Positions 22,701 through 35,825 of a stretch of DNA of 64,000 nt are shown here, in pieces. The stretch spans positions 124,001 to 188,000 of the forward strand of contig JAYWIR010000037.1 of the NCBI GenBank assembly GCA_036172245.1, in the 5' to 3' direction. Each line of letters starts with the position of its first letter. Positions within the stretch are counted from its first letter, which is position 1. A model generated the notes under the pieces. That model ran no database searches. It was not told the origin of the DNA and was given only the letters and a program-made list of their open reading frames with translations. The DNA is from Raillietiella orientalis (Eukaryota). The position numbers and the translations under genes were made by a program.

Positions 22701-24825
22701 CCAAGGCACAGACGACGACCTCGTACGTGCAGGTGTCCTCCACGAGGTGAGAAAGAGTTCTCCCCCCCCCCTCTCCTATGGCAGCAGCAGAGTGGTGCAA
22801 CCCGCGCGGTTTCAGCTACGCGGTGCAGCTGGTGGACCGCCAGAACCAACGGTCCGACGGAGGACACCTGACCTTCCAGCCCGGAGCCATCTACAACATT
22901 TATCTGACGGAGGTCTCTCCCGGATCCTATGTAAGCACCTGCTTCTCGGTCGCGGAGACTCCGGAGGAATGCCAACGCGCGCGCTCGCTCCGGGAACCCG
23001 GGAAGGGGAAGGAAACCCTTCCCTCCCCCGCCCCTTCTTATCTTCCACGCTGCCCTCCCTCCTCCACTCCTCTTCTGCTTTTCCTCCTCTCCGGGAAACG
23101 CGGTGAGGAAGAGAGGGACCGTTCCGCGTTGCTTTCTTGCTGCTCCTGGCGGCGGCGGCGGCGGCAGCAGACCCCCTCCTTGCTCTCAGAGAGCAGGCGG
23201 GGAACGGGGAGCGATGGCGGAGGCGGCTACACACTGTCGGATCCGCGCGAAGCCTCCTCGACGGCAGCTCGGGCTCGGTGCCAGCGGAAACGACGAACTC
23301 CTCCTATTCCTCCCTTCCCGACCCCTGCTCCTCTAGTCGGGATGGGGGAAGGGGATTCTCGGACGCGATCGGTGTCGGTCTTGAGCCCACCATCTCGCGA
23401 CGACCTGATGCTGGAGAATGGAGGCCATCCGGAGATGCGCCCGGAAGAGGAACGGCCTTCCTTCTTCCCTTCCTTCCCGGAGACGGCGTAGACCGCGCGG
23501 CGGCCTCCGGCGCGCTCACGTCCTCCTCGCCGCTCCTCCTTACCGGAGCGAGCATCCCGCTACCACGAGGAGGCCACCAACCCAACCTGCCGCTTTCCCC
23601 TCCTGTGTGCTTCTAGATTTCCGTGCCATACGAGGTGGCGCCCCCGAACTCGGTGTCCATGCTGTGGCTCCTCCCGCAGTACATCATCATCACCGTCGCA
23701 GAGATCATGTTCTCCATCACGTGCCTGGAGTTCTCCTTCACCCAGGTGAGGTCGGCGGCGGACCCGCTCACGCACCCACCGCCCACCTTCGTCTGCTCCT
23801 CCCGGCCAGGCTCCAAAGTCCATGAAGGCGGTCATGCAGTCCATCTACCTGATGACCACCGCCATAGGCAGCCTCATCGTGATCATCATCGCCGAGCTGA
23901 GGATCTTCGAAAAGCAGGTTGGCCGTCTCCCCCTCCCCCGTGCGCCGACTTCCTTCCTGGCCCGCTCCCTCCTCCCCCCCTTCGCAGTGCAGCGGCGGAG
24001 AAACGCGAAAGGGGGACGGGAAAGATCCTCGTCCCTTCTCCTCTCTGCTTGGTGCCTTGCCGGGGACATGGGCCCAGTGGCGAAGGCGGGTTCTCCCTTG
24101 GGATTCCTGAATTAGGAAGGAGGGGGGCCAAAGTTCGCCTCTGGGCTCGCCCTGGGTCGAGACCAACCTGTCCTCCCGCTAGACCTATCACTGGGCGATC
24201 CGCGTACCCACTGTCGAGAGAAGCCCCTGCCGTCCCCTCCTCGGAACGGCGGGAAAGACCCTCGACAGTCGAAGGGAAATACACCTCCACCCCCACTCTC
24301 CTATCCTTCCTTTCTTCACCAAAAATGGTGATGATGGTGGAGGCTGTTGTTGCTGGTAGTGGTGGTGGTGGATGTCGCCGTCTACGCCGGAGGACATGAC
24401 ATCTGTGTCGTCCGACCGAGACCACAGCGACGACGGAGGAGAAGAGGACCATTGCCTGACGACTAACTCCTCCCTCCTTCCCACACCAAGTCCGCAGCGC
24501 CATCTTGCGTGGAAGGGGATGCGCTGCCGGCGTTCCCTCCTCCTCCCCGTAATGGCGACGAAGCCCGCCGCTTCGCCGCCTTCCTCCTTTTCCCGGCTTC
24601 CAAGGCTGATTCGTTTTTCTCCGGGGGATGTTTCAGTCCAGGGAGTTCTTCCTGTTCGCCATCCTGATGATGCTGGACATGATCCTTTTCGCGATCCTGT
24701 CGTTCTTCTACAAGTACCGCAGCGCCGAGGACCAAGCCGACGTCCCCGAAGGCGATCTCGGCGGCGGCGAAGACGAGAAGAAGACGCTCGGCTTCGTGAA
24801 CGCAATGTACACGGAAAACGAATAA
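13710..24825 (+). CDS. SLC15A1: SLC15/PepT1-family (POT/PTR2) proton-coupled oligopeptide transporter, 15 coding exons, ~734 aa
   Basis: Manually spliced, phase-consistent GT-AG exons: 13710-13788, 16606-16747, 16814-16900, 16962-17236, 17460-17542, 17616-17789, 17863-18114, 19208-19462, 20262-20338, 21959-22072, 22621-22746, 22816-22930, 23617-23745, 23810-23917, 24637-24825 (2205 nt, one frame, TAA stop). Family motifs: NEFCERFSYYGMR (ExxER), GAIISDSWLGKYKT, GTGGIKPCVAAFGGDQF, FYFCINAGS, FWALYDQQGSRW, PDQMQIINP, PQYIIITVAEIMFS, QAPKSMK. The ATG follows an AG, so an upstream exon is possible. Extracellular-domain exons (19208-22930) are less certain. The symbol is family-level (pept-1/yin-like); exact orthology untested. 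Confidence 0.93.
20504..20530. repeat. (GCT)9 microsatellite in an SLC15 intron
   Basis: Directly visible. Confidence 0.9.
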
Positions 24826-27800
24826 ACGCGTGCCTTCTGCGCTTTCCCGCCGCATTCCCCGGATGACATGTGCTGGATGTTCCCCCCCCCCTTCTACATA
24901 CACACACTTCCCCACCCACCCATCCGTGCCGTCATCCACCCAGAGATGCAGCAGCAGGTCATCCTCCTGCTGCCCGCTGTCTTTGCGGCCTCCACTGCTT
25001 TCAGGTGGTGTCCGTTTTGGGCAAGTTCCAGGACGGAAGATGAGAATGCGGGAAGAAAAAAAGGGAGGAGGGGATTAGGATTTTTTTTTTTCCCGCTGCC
25101 CGGTCTAGGGGGTTGTGTCCCCATCGTCCGAGGACGACGGGCCGCGACGTGCGGGATGGACCATTCTCTCCGACTTGTTTCCTCCCCCCCCCCCCGCTTT
25201 CTTTCTTTTTTTTTTTTTTCTTTTTTCCTTCATCGCTCCAGGAAAGTTGCGGCTGCTGCAGCTCGCGGAAACACGAGACTTCTGTCACGCCCAGAACCAT
25301 CCTTCGCCACCCGACCGATGGAGACTCCATCGAGAGAAGCGACTGGCCGCAGGGATGGGCGGGCGGTACCCCTTTCAGTCACTGTTATTCAGCACACGGG
25401 TGAGATCGGCGGCGGAAGAAGACGAGCGACCTCAGCATTCCACGGGATGGCATTCGATCGTTCTTCTCTGTGTGCGGCTCTCGTTGCCTTGTCACGACCG
25501 TCGGAAAATCCCTTCGCCAAGGAGATAATGTTCACTCTTCCGCGGGTGAACTCGGGAGCAAAACATTCATCCCTTGCACAGGGAGACCCAGGTCGATCCG
25601 ACTTCCGGATCCTCACGTCCTTGGCAGAGGTTGTACAGCCTTCAGTGGAGCGCGGAAAGCAACAGCGCAGGCCACCAGCAGGGCTTCGGCGGGACTTTGT
25701 GGAGGAAGGACCGCTTCGGACATGCAGGCGCACTGGGGACCCCCGAGCAAAACCCCAGGGAAGAGCACACGTCACCGGTGCTGATCAAGAAATGCGTTCC
25801 CTTACCACTGCCATGGAGGAGTGCGTCACCAAGGGAAGTAGTGGAGCTGGACGTACGGACGGAAGAATCCCTCGGGACGAAGAAGGTGGCCCTGGCAAAA
25901 TCTGATGTTGCAAGGGAGGAGGGGAAGAGGAGGAAAGAAAGAGAACATGCGGAATTTGCCTTGCCTACCTGGGAGAGAGAAAAAAAAGGAAAAAAAAAGA
26001 CCGGCCGGATGCATCGCAGAAACTGGGGTGGGGGAGAGGGAAGACCCCAAGTGGGGAAAAACGCGTGTCGTTAGGTTCCACCGACTCATCCACCACAGGC
26101 AACCGCCGCCGTCATGCGATGGTGGATGGCGCAGCGGGTGCAGCGGGACGGTCAGTGCGCGCGGAGGCGTGGGTTTGGCCGGACGGAAAGAAGTCGCGCG
26201 CGAGCTGCTCAGCGTCCACCTCCGCTCTCGCCCACGCACTCAGTGAGCGCAGGACCACACGTCCTTCCAGCCTGCACCTGGCACGTCTCGCGCTGCCGGG
26301 CGTTCCGTCTTCCTCCTCCCCCTCGCACTGCGGAGGCGACAACGCCCTGCGAAAGGGAACTTTGCTCTGTCACCATCGTCGTCTCCTGCGTCCCGGACCT
26401 CGCGGATTTCCCGCTGGCGCGCGAAAGTTCCGCCTCAGGTGTGGCCCACCCGCTCGGAGAATCCGTCCGTCCTCCGGGACGCGCTCCGCCTCCGCACCTG
26501 GCATGGTAGGGTCGGGGAAGCCCACTGGAAGAGAGAAGACTGCCCTGGGGCCGGTGGATTCGCCCTGAAGCCCTCCGGAGGGTGAGGCGGGGCGTTTCCC
26601 TTCCCCCTTCTTCGGTATCCGAGTCCCTCCCTGGTTGCCTCCGTGCTACCTTGCGCTGCTCCGCGGGAGCACCCTGCCGAGGGTCTTTTCCTCCCCCTCC
26701 TTCCGATGCGGCCACTCCCTACCCTCCTCTTTGCCTTCCTCCGCACCGCCGCCGCCTTCCTCGCGTTTGCGCCCGAGGGCAAGCGTAACGCGATCCCCCG
26801 TTTAGCGCGGGAACCTCCTGCGATCCCTTCTCCGCGGGCTCGGGCGGGAAGCAGCGCCGACTGGAGGGACGTCGGCAGTGCCTCCTCCTGCCGCAGCCGG
26901 AGCCTGGACCACGGGTCTCCTTCTTCCCCTTCCCCCCTATCCACTCCTGCGATTGCGGGAGAAGTGGGCGGACAGAGGGGAACACTCCAGGACCGCCCTT
27001 GCCCCTTTGAGCGCCCGCCGAACGCGGGGAGCCGCACTGAGGCATCCTGAGGGCGCCCTTCCCCGGAACCCCTCCTCCCTTCCCTCGCCCACAGCTCTCT
27101 TCCCCTCCCCCACCCCATCCTTCCTTCGGGAAGTAGCTGCTTCCTCCTGGCCGGGAAGCGCACCTTTCTCTTTCTTTTTCATGGAAATTCCTCCTCCCCC
27201 TTCCTAGCGAATGCTCCCGGCTGTTCCTCCCAGTGATGAGGGTTGTGGTGTGGGCACGGATTGACGGGATTGACTGGGAAGGGACGGGAAGCACCCAGGG
27301 AGCTTCCAGACGAGGAAGAAACCAGCCAGCCACCTCGCCTCCTGGCCGGGACGCGGGCGGAAGGAACCGCCTGGAATTCCGTGCGGGTTTCCTCCTGCCC
27401 GATGCGATGCTTCGCTCCCCTCTCCCAAATTTCCTTCTTTCCCCCTCCTTCCCCTCCCCCTGCTGCTGTTGCTGCACCTTCCTCGCACGTCCTTGACGCC
27501 CTCTCTCCCCCCCCCCTCCCCCCTGCCTGCCTGCCTGCGCAGTCCCGGTACCAGGGATAATCGATCCCCTCGCGGGCGAGAGGAGGAACGTTGGGCCTCC
27601 CTCCTCGGGGGGAGGGGAATCCCTCCTCTTCCCCCCCTCTCTCCTCTCTCCCTCTCCTAGCGGAAAATTGAGCTGCGCAGTGGCGGCAGTAGACGCTGCC
27701 CCAGAATCCCCCGAATTGCGGGGAGGGGGAGAGGCCGACCCGTTCAGCAACAGCAGCTCCTGGGACCTCGTCCGGCTCTCTCCCCTGTCCGTGTGAGGGT

Positions 27801-30369
27801 CGTCGATCCATGTGGACTAGAGGGGGGTGAGCTGTCTGTTCTGTCCCCGTCAGACGAAAGCGGCCCTGATGGCCGTCCTTTCCTTCGGCCGTCCGCCTCC
27901 ATGCTGCACACTCTCCTCAGCTCTCTCGAACCTTCCTCCCGGCGGTGACTCCCTCTCGAGACAAGGAGGAGCAGGAAGACGCGGCAGCGGAGGGAGGGGT
28001 GCTCGCGATGATGATAGAGGAGGCCGGGAGCAGGCGAGCGGGACACTTCCAGATGACCTCCGCTGCCTGCTCCTCTCTCCGTGCGCCCGGTTGTACCACC
28101 TTGAGAGCATTCTTGGACGAAAAGGGTAGGCGGGACGAACTCGTGCCGCGCTAGACCAGGGCGAGACGTTTTCTCTGCCCCCCTCCCCTTTTCGGATCTC
28201 CCAGCTCCGCGCCCTTTCCCAATGCCTTCCGCCCGTCTGCCTCCTCGAGACATCACCCTCCGACTCGCGCTGCTGCGACCTCCCTGCGGGAGAGGGGAGG
28301 GGGAGGGGAAGAACGAGGGTTCCCTTCAGCCGAGGGAGGACCTCTTTCTCGCAAGGGCAGCTCCCGAAAGAAGTGGCAGCAAATGGCAGGCGCCTGCGGG
28401 AGGCGGGAACGAGGAAGGGGCACGCGCTCGCGCGCCCCTTCCTCTCAAGGATGAAGTTCGGCGTTCCGTCGCTAGATGGAACAGCTGCAGCGTCCCGGAG
28501 AGGAGGTGTTGAGCGGAGAGCGGCTCCGCCCTTGATCCCGGGAGGGGCCTGGGCGACGGAGGGGAGGGCTGCTGAGACGGTTCAGCGCCCTCGGACGGAG
28601 CGTGCACCGGAGAACCCGGTGGGGTGGTAGCTGGAGCGCTCGCGGAGCTCCATCTGGCGGATCCCTGATAGGGAGCGGACGCGCCCTCGATAACAAACGG
28701 GAGGGGCGCGACGCCAAAAGGTGCAGGGAAGGGATGAAAGGGACGGAGAGGAAAGGATGGGAGAAAGGACGCCTCGGAAGGAAGGAGGGCGGCGTGCGCC
28801 GTGGGGGGATTCCCGGGGGGTGGAGCGGGGATCCGGCCTGAGTGTTCCATCCTGCAGCCCTGTTCGACGGCTTGCTTCCGGCCTCCTGTTCGCGACGGAG
28901 AACCCTCACTCGAGGTGGGGAACGTGGAGGGAGCCTCGTTCTGGGTCGGTGGGCGTCCCCGTCTTCTCCCGAGGATCACAGGAAGGGGGAAGATCACCCC
29001 GGCCACAGCCGCTGCTCCATACCCGGGAGTATCCCCCGGGCATGGAGCGGCATGGAGGCGGCGAGAAGGGACTGCCGGCGAGTACCCGACTGGTTGCGCG
29101 CACCTCCCTCGCAGGTCCCGGTCGTCGTCGTCATGGGGGACCCCTCCCCTGTGAGGGGACTGTCTCCTCCCTCTTCCCTGCGGCTGGGAGAGTTCTCGCT
29201 GGAAATCTGCCCCCCCCCCCCCCCCCTCCCTTTCGGCCAGGAAGGCTTTTCGTCCATCCCGGCTCGGAGGTCTCCTGGTCTCCGTTCGGCAGCTCGGAAT
29301 CCCCTTGCCCTGCTCAAGGGCTGCTTTCCCCGGGACGGGCCCCTTCGCGGCAGCCCTCGCTGAGGAGGCGGGGATGCATCCCCGAGGCGCCAGCCTCCCG
29401 GAAAGTCGGTCGTCGTCCGTGGAGGTATTTCAGATGGACTCTTCTTCCGTAAGGGCGGTCTGCTGGTAGACTTTTGCGTACGAAGGGGGTCGGAACCCCG
29501 GCGGGAGTTCCTCCACCGCCACAACGTGCTACCGACCGAACGCCGCTCTTCCCCTACCCCCCCTGGTGGGAAGGGAGAGCGGCCTGACCCCGGAAGAGGG
29601 GTGGCCGCCCCCTCCGACGCGACGGTTGCCCCGGACGGCGACACTCCGCGGTCCCTGCAACGCCAGGGAGACGGGGAGCGCGGCCGTGGGGAGTCGGACG
29701 CGCGAGTCGGGTTCGGGAGGATCGGCGCGTGGGCGACGGGGGAGCCGGCCGAGAAAGAGCAGTCGCGGCGGCGGCGGCGGCGGCGGCGGCTGTGCTCGCT
29801 AATCGGCGGCGACGGCGGCGGCCTCCGCCGCCGATGACGCCACCGCCGCCGCCTCTGTCGCTGCTTATGGGGAACGGGAGGTTCCGTCGCGGCGGAGACA
29901 ATCAGCCTGGAACGTAGGCGGGCGGGAGGGGGAGGGGGGAAAGCGCGCGCGCGCGCGCACAGACTTTGAAAAGCCGCCGTCCCGAAGAAAGGGCATTCAA
30001 GCTGCGCGCGCGCGCGCACGAGAGCAATTGGGTGCCGCTGGAGGAGCGCCGGTCGTGGTTCGCGCATGCGCGAGCAAGCGAGAGCGGAACAGGGAGCTCG
30101 GTGGGGATCGAGAGGAGGGGGAAGAAAGAGGGGGCGAGGGAGCACGAGACGGGGGGGGGGGGAAGGGAGAGGGAGGGAAGGGCAGGAGAAGCCGCAGCGG
30201 CTTTTCTCCTCATAGGGAAGCAAAGCGTGATTCTTCTTCCAGCTACCGGACTTTCGACGCTCAAGGCAAGGCATGATCGACTTCGCGCGCACGTGCTTGT
30301 CCGCCACCGCCAGGGGGTAGCTCTCTGGTTCGAGGCGCGACTGGGGGGTGCAAGGTAAAAGGAAGCTCT

Positions 30370-30393
30370 TATATATATATATATATATATATA
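30370..30393. repeat. (AT)n microsatellite
   Basis: Directly visible. Confidence 0.9.
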
Positions 30394-30918
30394 AAAGGAG
30401 AGAAAGAAGAAAGGAAGATGGATTCGAACGTGTGTGCGCGCGCGAAGGGGCCTTTCACGCGGGGATATACCAATCGTCCGCCCCCTTGGGTACACCCGAC
30501 GTCGTCTCACGAGGAATTTTTTTTTCTTCTTCTTAAGGGACAAATCACCTGTGCCGCCGCCGCCGCCGCCGCCGCCGCCGCGTGAGGACACGCATCCGGC
30601 GGAAGGACTCGATCCGTCGGCTGATGAGACTGCTTGAGCGAAACAAACGCCAACGAACGAAAGCAAAGCCACTGGAGGAAAAGCTGATCCTTTCCTTCGG
30701 CGCCTGCAGGAAGGCAGGGCTGTGGCCCTTCCTGGGAGGGAAAGCGGGAATTACCTGCGCCCCTGCGGGAAACAAAAGGCTTCCACCAAAAGTGCTCAAC
30801 CTGACACGGAGCGTCACGGGACGAGCGCTGCATGCGGCCATCCCCGCGCCATATTGGGAAGTTTGGGGGCGCGCAACAATCGACGGCGCGCGCGCACTCA
30901 TTGTTCGACGGGTATGGT

Positions 30919-30961
30919 GACGACGACGACGACGATGATGATGATGATGATGATGGTGATG
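30919..30961. repeat. (GAC)n/(GAT)n trinucleotide microsatellite
   Basis: Directly visible. Confidence 0.85.
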
Positions 30962-31263
30962 GAAGGGGAGGGGGGGGGGGCGCTTTCCTTGGGTCTTTTT
31001 TCGTGACCCCGGTGGCTCTTCTTGGCGAGCATTCGCAAGCGATTAGTCTCGTCATTCGTGCTGGCAAGTTAAAACTGAATGCTGAATACGCGGTATCGAT
31101 TTGGGAGGATTTCTTCGCCGAGTGGTTAAGGACAGATCGAGCCTTTGCCGTATACGTGTCTACGGACAGGGAAGCTTCCAGAAACCGTTTGCTTTCCCTT
31201 GCTGGAGTTCAATTCCCGAACCCTCCGAGACTCGAGGTAATTTTAGTCTGATTCCCGTGGAGG

Positions 31264-31294
<31 letters not shown>

Positions 31295-34200
31295 AGGGAG
31301 GTCTGGAGGGAGGCGAGTGGTTCATCTCTTCGTGGGTGGAAATGCTGCTTCACGTTAGTCAGTGCCTGCGAAAGTGCGGTTTTCAAAAGATGCACTCCCT
31401 CCATGGAATGAGTTTCCTCCTCGTACGCAGGTTCAACATTCCGCCGCATCAGTATGCAGTAAATGCCGTCATTCGCGTTTCTTTCTCTCTCTCTCTCTTT
31501 TTTTTTCCCAAGGTCCTTCTTAGCTCACGTCACCGTGCATGCATGCTTGGACATCAGGAAAACCAAGTTGGGCACGGACGATTCGTTTACTCTGCGTGAT
31601 ATTTTCGGGACGCGGGTTCAAACGCTCCCCTCCTCCCCTATCCGCATTACGGCGAAGAGCTGTGCGCGATTCGAGGGCCTGCCCTCCCGTTCTCCAGGCC
31701 AGGTTACCTCTTCCATCCCGATCCTCCTCCTCCCTCGACTGTTCCCTTGGCATGTAGAGGATGCTTACGAAGCGCACGTGATTTTCGCTTTTTCTTTCTT
31801 TCTTTCTCGCTAGCACTCTTTCGGTACGGGAAAGCTTCCTCTTCCCTAATTAGCCTCCAGGCCCCGACACGCACGCTCTTGCAGCTGCTGTGATTCGATG
31901 GCGTCTCGAATCACGAGGCGGAACCATCCTGCAGCGTGGTTGCTTCCTCGCCTCCTGAACCTACTTCGCATCCCCAAGGACCTTAGGAACGAAGGTGGAC
32001 TGGAGCGACAAGGCCTGGAACCGGACGCCCGGCTGCGTCTTGAGGTCATCATCGGATGCTGACGTTGAAAGGAGGCCACAAGCTTCCTCTTCGGCGCGAG
32101 ATGAGCACCAGAGGAAGCCCATCCGCTGAGGAACTTCCGGTCAGCAGCCCGGTGACGCTTGGCGATCGGAGGACGTCCTCCCTGCGAGGGGAAAGCAGCA
32201 AGGTGACCACGGGAATGGCTTTGGTCCTGCGCCCGTATGATGAGGAGCTGCTACGGCGGATCTTTCCTCCCATCGTTGAAAAGTCGGCGAACTTCCGGTA
32301 GCTGGCGGCGCGTTTCCAAGGCAGCGTCCGGCGACGAGGTACCTTCAGCGCCTCTCCACGAAAGGCCAAGAAGGGACCACCACCACCCCTTCGCGTACTA
32401 CTGCAACTCGTCCTCCCGCTTCCCCGCGCTCGAGGCTGGCCAGGGACTCTCCCTCCCCCCTCCCTTCGCTGCCGAACGGCGACCACGTTCGATCCCGAGA
32501 CAGGACCCTGTGGCGGCGGCAGAGGCTGCATCTGCACGCGAGCCGTTGGAGCTGCAAGCGCTTCCCGAATCACAGCGGCGGTTTTCGGGCGACCGTTCGA
32601 CCAGGTCCAGCCGGAGAAGGAGGTAAGGCCGCGGCATCCCTCCGCGTCCCGCTCCTTCCCCTGCTCTTCCCCGACGCGTCTCCGAGAGCCGCCGCCAGCA
32701 GCGGCACGCAGCGGGGAACCCGTCTGCTCCCGTGAGGCAAAGCTTCCCCCGTCCGTCTTCGTGCGAACCCTTCCCCCCCCCCCTCCTCCCCCCTTCAGAA
32801 GCGCTCGCCGCCGCCGCCGCCGCCGCAACCCCTCCTCCTCCGCACCGCCGGCCCCTTCGAAACCTCTCGAGGGTCCAGTCGCACACGAGGCGGCGGCAGA
32901 AGCGTCCCCCTGCCGCGCCCTCCTCCCACGGCAGCGGCTCCTCCGCTGCGACGCCGCCTCCCGGGCTCGCGGGACACAGGAGTCTCTGGGGGGATTGCTT
33001 CCCCTCCCCTCCCCCGCCGCGCCGCCTCTCCAGGAAGGCCACGGGTGGTTCCTCGATTGCTCCCAGTTCGCTCCCCCCCCCCCTTCCCCCGAACACACGA
33101 GGAGGCAGAGGGATGGTCCGTCCCGGAAGGAAGTGAGCGTCCCGCGGCTTCCCTAGTAGGAGGGGGGCCTATGCTGCGCGCGCGCCGCTCGGGACGCGCC
33201 AGAACTCTTCCGGGATGACGACGACGGGAAAGGAGGGAGCGACTCTCTTTCCTCCGCCTGGAGCGCCCCTGAACGACTTCATTAAGAGGTGTGCGCAAGG
33301 GCTCCTTGCCCTCCCGCTTCGCCCGCGTCCTCTTCGGAGACGGCTAGGAATCACGGAGACCATTGAGACCACCGGAGGAGGAGCCCCGGCTGCGAGTGCG
33401 AGGGGGCCGCGAAGGCGGCGCCACGTCCGATCGCGCCTGCGCACGCACGCGTGTCTTCGCCGCCGGGCGGCAACGCGCTCCGGCCGTTTTCGCTCGGAGT
33501 CCCGGTTCCCACGCCGGGCAGCTTTCATCCCGGCGCCACCCGATCCTTAAAAAAGCCCGCCGGAATCCCATTGTGCTCCCGGAACAAAAAAACGCGCGCG
33601 TTTTGTTTTGTTTTTTTTTTTTTTCTTCTTCTTCTTCCCCTCCCTCCCTCCCTTCCTCCCTCCCTCCCTCCCTCCCGGAATCGGCCGCAGGAAGAAAGGA
33701 TTAGAACGGTTTCGGGAGGAAAACGGGAACAAAGGCGTGGGGACGGGAGGGAGGATGCGTTCCCCCCCCACTCTCGCGCGCGCGCGCCGTATCCCGCTTG
33801 GGAGAGCGCCGCTTTCCCCGCCGCCGAGGCGGTCGCGCAGGAACACCGTCTCGCTCGCTCCCTGTCCTCCTCGCCTCCGAAAGGAGGAAGGGGGGACGTC
33901 CGGAAACGGTCGGTGGAGATAGGACGGCTGCCATTTTCGCGGGAGCCCGCTCGAAGGGGTGGGAGGGGGCGGAGACGCGACCTCCCACGCGCAGTGGGAA
34001 AGGCGAGTCGGGGCGGCGGGAGCCGAGGCTTCCCGCCGCCGCCTCCTAGAGACCCCTTTTCGTCGCGCCTTCCCCTTCGCTCCTCCTTCCCTCTCGCTTC
34101 CCGGGGACGGCGAGCCCCATCGGCCAGGAGAGGGACGGGAGCGTCCGACCCGCCGGGGCGCGCGGGCGGCGGCATCGCTGCTGCCTCCGCATCTGTGGGA

Positions 34201-35650
34201 GGGAAAGGTCGGGGCTCCAGAAAAGCCGACGGGCCTCCCGCTCTTCCAGGTGCTCCCGTCCGCTCTCTCCCCTTCCGTTCCGCGCTTTTGAAACCGCGTT
34301 CATCCCTTTTTTTTTTTTTTTTTTTTTCCTTCCTCCTTTTTCCCACCCTTCCCGCGCATAGTCCCGGGAGGTGTGGGAATCCCGTCCGCCGCATTCCCGC
34401 CGAGGGCGTCCCCCCGCGCCCACCCCTTTGTCGTCGCGCAGGTCGCCCACGGAGGCGCCCTTTTGTCCTCCCTCGCGCAGGTTCCCGTAAATCAGTTCTT
34501 CTCCTGGAAACGCGCGGGAGCCGCCACCGGCCGGGGAGCGAGCGCCTTTCCCTTCCAGGGGTAAAGGGGTGGGAAGTGCGTCCCGAGAGAAGGAAAAAAA
34601 AAAAAAAAGAGGAAGAGGAGGAGGAAAAGAGTCTCCCTCGCTTCCGGGATGCCGGGGAGGGCTCTCCGGTCGCGCGGAGCGTCGCAATCCGGTTCCCGCG
34701 AGGGGTGACGCGTGTCTCGCTGCGGGATGTCCGCGGCGGCAGCCCCTCGTTCGGAATCCCCGCCTGGGACGCGCAGCGACGCAGCCCTCGACGAGGAGGG
34801 ACACTCGGCGAGATTTTCGGGAACGCGGTCTCGGCGGAGCAAGGGACGGCACCAAGGGGGAAGCAGAGGGAGAACTCCACCTCGCGGCTCTGCTTCCCGT
34901 CCCATCCCGTCCCCGCGCTTCGGCTTTCCGCCCTCGGGGTCGCCACCCGGCGAGGAGGGTTGGGACAGCGGCCCGGACGGCTAAGGGAGCACGCGTGGGT
35001 GCCGCCGTCCGCGGGCTCCCGTATGAGGTTCTCCTGCTAGGATCCCCGAGTAGGCAGTGTCTTCTGGGGACGGTCTATCCCGGGAGAGGGAGAAGAAGAC
35101 ACTCACGGGACTTGGAGGCTGGGACCACGAGGGGAGGACGAACACGACGGACATGCATCGCAGGGCAGGGAAGGCGGTGTGCCACCGCCAGTCCGGATCT
35201 TCCCGACGGAACGAGCCCTCGGCCGTTCCTCCGGAGAAGGACGAGTGGGGGAGGGAACGATCAGAACCTGGCTGCTTTGCGCTTGCCCCTCTCCCTGATC
35301 TCGTCTGGGAAGGTAGGCTCCTCAGGGGTCCTCCTTCGGGAACCGTTGACCTGTTCACCGGGTGAGGGTGGAGGTGAACCCGAGTCGGCGATGTTCCCGG
35401 AGCAGATTAAGGGGTGAAGGGCGGCAGGGAGTTCGCGCCAGCCGTGCGCCCCATCCGCATTCCCGGTCGGGCGCGCAAATATCCTTTCCGGGGAAGAAGG
35501 CGCGGCTCGCGTCCCCTCGGCGCCATCAGCGAACGACGGCCACTCCTTCAAGACGGCCCTCCCGTCCAGTCCTCCTCCCTCCCTCCTTCCCTCCTTCCCC
35601 GTCCCTCCCAGCCCACTGATGCGCCTCTTCGGTGGACGGTCCTACTTTGC

Positions 35651-35656
35651 TTTATT
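35651..35656 (-). promoter_or_regulatory. Candidate polyadenylation signal of the klu-like gene
   Basis: TTTATT on + (AATAAA on -) about 170 nt after the stop, in otherwise GC-rich DNA. Confidence 0.4.
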
Positions 35657-35825
35657 TCCGCGAGCGCGATGTCGCTTCTTCCCGGGAGCATCCTTCCTGC
35701 TCTCGCGACCCCCGTGAAAAGGACCCACTCACCCTGCCGCGGGGCGAAGAAGGGGGAGGAGGAGCATCGCGGGCACCACCTCCCCGGAGGTGACTCCTCC
35801 GCCGGAAAAAGGAAGGGGGGAGGAC

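Noticed and set aside
32470..32540. CRTATTFDPETGPC resembling a chitin-binding peritrophin-A motif
   Set aside because: Remaining cysteine pattern missing, an in-frame stop lies upstream, and no supporting exon structure.
33451..35040. Long overlapping ORFs (529 aa on +, 473 aa on -) and similar ORFs across 25-35 kb
   Set aside because: Arg/Gly/Pro-rich translations running through homopolymers, open on both strands; expected in GC-rich DNA with few stops; no domain recognised.
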